From: a virus
Lineage: Duplodnaviria > Caudoviricetes
Length of the DNA stretch: 47,765 nucleotides
Direction: 5' to 3' (one strand)
Virus record (IMG/VR): IMGVR_UViG_3300013122_000001
Location: 1 to 47,765 of that record
In this document: positions 46,253 through 47,765 of the stretch, one piece after another
Position numbering within the stretch: position 1 is the stretch's first letter
How the letters are laid out: each line of letters opens with the position of its first letter
Notes under the pieces: generated by a model
Told to the model about the DNA's origin: nothing
The model's input: the letters and a program-made list of their open reading frames with translations, nothing else
Database searches by the model: none
Position numbers and translations under genes: made by a program

Positions 46253-47506
46253 TTGCTCGAAATTTTACTCATTCCGGCTGCAGTCGGAGCAATTGGAATA
46301 CTTGGCCCGAAGTTTGGAAAGATGTCCGATAGGAAGAAAGTGGAGAAGATATTCAAAAATGTAGGAATTGGGATAAAGGATAAAGTGATGAAAGATGGTC
46401 ATGAGGTGACAAAGTGGACGTATCCGCGATTCCACAAGAAAGAAGTCATAAAGGATGGCGAGGAACAAGTAGGGACCAGGTACATCTATTCCATGCCACT
46501 TGGTAGCAGCTCGAAAATACTGGATAAAGTAAAGGAAGCACATATCTTTGTAGAGGGCTTAAATAAGCCTGTAGACGTGGAATATGACAAGGTGATAGGT
46601 AAGGTTCACATAGATGTATTTGACCGCCATACACCGGAGATGGTGGAGTTAAAAAGCATCCCCGATACAAAAGGGTGGAAGGTGCCGATAGGACAGAATT
46701 ACAAGGAAACCATCTGGCACGATTTTGAAAAAATACCGCATCAAACTGTGGCCGGGACCACCCGTTATGGGAAAACAGTATTCATGAAATCGTCCATGAC
46801 CTATTTAATCGAGCAACATCCGAAAGATGTAGAGTTTATCATCATCGACTTAAAAGGTGGTTTGGAGTTTCACGCTTATAGAGGGTTACAACAGGTTCAA
46901 TATGTAGCATCTAATGCAAGTGATGCTTATAAAATTTTGAAATCAGTAAAAGAAAATATGCGGAAATTAGAAATACTTTTTAAACAACGGAACTATACAA
47001 ATGTTGTAGATTCGCCTATTAAAAGAAGAACATTCATCTTAGTGGATGAAGCTGCACAATTAGCTTCTGAGCCGTGGATGAAACCGGAAGTTAAAAAGGT
47101 TCTTGGTGAATGTCAATCTATATTAAGCGAAGTTGCTAGGATTGGGGGTGCTTTAGGGTATCGCCTTATATACGGCACACAGTACCCCACCGCCGATACT
47201 TTGCCACGCCAAATAAAACAGAATGCAGATGCAAAGATAAGTTTCCGTCTACCAACCGGATATGCTTCAGCAGTAGCGATAGATGATTATGGGGCCGAAG
47301 AACTGCCAAGTGGAAAGCCCGGACGGGGATTATTCAAAACGCACGAATTAAGAGAGTTTCAAGCTCCTTACATCAGTGATGAAGAAATGAGGGAAAGGCT
47401 CATGAAATATGAGATTGTGAAAATATTGGATGTGAACCCAGATGATGTTGTCGAATATGCAGAAGAAAATGATACGAGAGGAACAGATCTTGTTAAGTTT
47501 AGATAA
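46253..47506 (+). CDS. FtsK/SpoIIIE-family ATPase with N-terminal membrane anchor
   Basis: Walker A AGTTRYGKT, IIDLKGG, Walker B FILVDEAAQ, TQYP; TTG start after GGGGGTG. Confidence 0.9.
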   Translation: MLEILLIPAAVGAIGILGPKFGKMSDRKKVEKIFKNVGIGIKDKVMKDGHEVTKWTYPRFHKKEVIKDGEEQVGTRYIYSMPLGSSSKILDKVKEAHIFVEGLNKPVDVEYDKVIGKVHIDVFDRHTPEMVELKSIPDTKGWKVPIGQNYKETIWHDFEKIPHQTVAGTTRYGKTVFMKSSMTYLIEQHPKDVEFIIIDLKGGLEFHAYRGLQQVQYVASNASDAYKILKSVKENMRKLEILFKQRNYTNVVDSPIKRRTFILVDEAAQLASEPWMKPEVKKVLGECQSILSEVARIGGALGYRLIYGTQYPTADTLPRQIKQNADAKISFRLPTGYASAVAIDDYGAEELPSGKPGRGLFKTHELREFQAPYISDEEMRERLMKYEIVKILDVNPDDVVEYAEENDTRGTDLVKFR

Positions 47507-47765
47507 GATGGAGTTTGCTACACGTAGTCAATTACAGGAGCTTCACGGACTATCTAGCAAGCGAAATGCTTCAAGAGTCTTACACAACATGAAGGAATAT
47601 TTACACGTAAGGAGGATGGAAGAGAATATCTACTGGCTTAATTCATTAGGTAGGAGGGTAATCGGCAGCAAGAAGGGAGAACCGAAATTCACTTTACAGG
47701 TCCAGCACACCATCATGAGAAATGACATCTTTATTTACTATAATCAACCGGATAACTGGGAGGCA
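47442..47765 (+). CDS. Replication-relaxation (Replic_Relax) family protein, 5' part
   Basis: REEQILLSLDKMEFATRSQLQELH..RNASRVL..HTIMRND; runs in frame into positions 21-332. Confidence 0.8.
   Translation, partial: MMLSNMQKKMIREEQILLSLDKMEFATRSQLQELHGLSSKRNASRVLHNMKEYLHVRRMEENIYWLNSLGRRVIGSKKGEPKFTLQVQHTIMRNDIFIYYNQPDNWEA

Larger units (their letters stand above)
1..47765. mobile_element. Complete temperate siphophage genome (SPP1-like head/tail), circularly permuted
   Basis: Integrase/repressor, replication, packaging, head, tail and lysis modules all present; 20-bp terminal identity with an ORF continuing across the join. Confidence 0.95.

Noticed and set aside
47746-47765. 20-bp terminal repeat as a biological genome end or att core
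   Set aside because: It lies mid-ORF, the frame continues across the join, and the terminase is headful type; best explained as assembly overlap
1-47765. CRISPR array, tRNA or rRNA genes, self-splicing introns
   Set aside because: No regularly spaced repeat-spacer array or cloverleaf was seen, and terL, capsid and lysin are uninterrupted; by-eye inspection only

Overview
The window is essentially one complete, circularly permuted temperate siphophage genome of a Bacillus-like host (host inferred from gene families and sigma-A/sigma-H promoters). Bases 1-20 equal 47746-47765, and a Replic_Relax-type ORF reads in frame across the join. Gene order: attP region, tyrosine integrase, CI/Cro/Xis switch; early small ORFs with a putative SSAP and RecE-like exonuclease; an Arc/Mnt-like RHH trio, AbrB-like regulator and antirepressor; replication initiator with iterons and helicase loader; PP-loop (PAPS-reductase-like) protein, SSB, MazG-like protein, resolvase; ArpU late activator; morons and an HTH-metallophosphoesterase; SPP1-like head and tail with two beta-helix tail spikes; XhlA/holin/amidase; and an HTH + membrane protein + FtsK + Replic_Relax module. 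Five HNH genes are scattered through it. The most novel-looking signal is a family of nine degenerate 8-6-8 bp sites that bracket small early genes and the receptor-binding domain of tail spike 1, with different spacers at left and right ends, suggesting a natural recombinase-mediated cassette-exchange system. Also notable is a LexA-box-controlled 35-aa ORF beside a non-cleavable repressor (candidate SOS antirepressor). All assignments come from reading motifs by eye; no searches were run.
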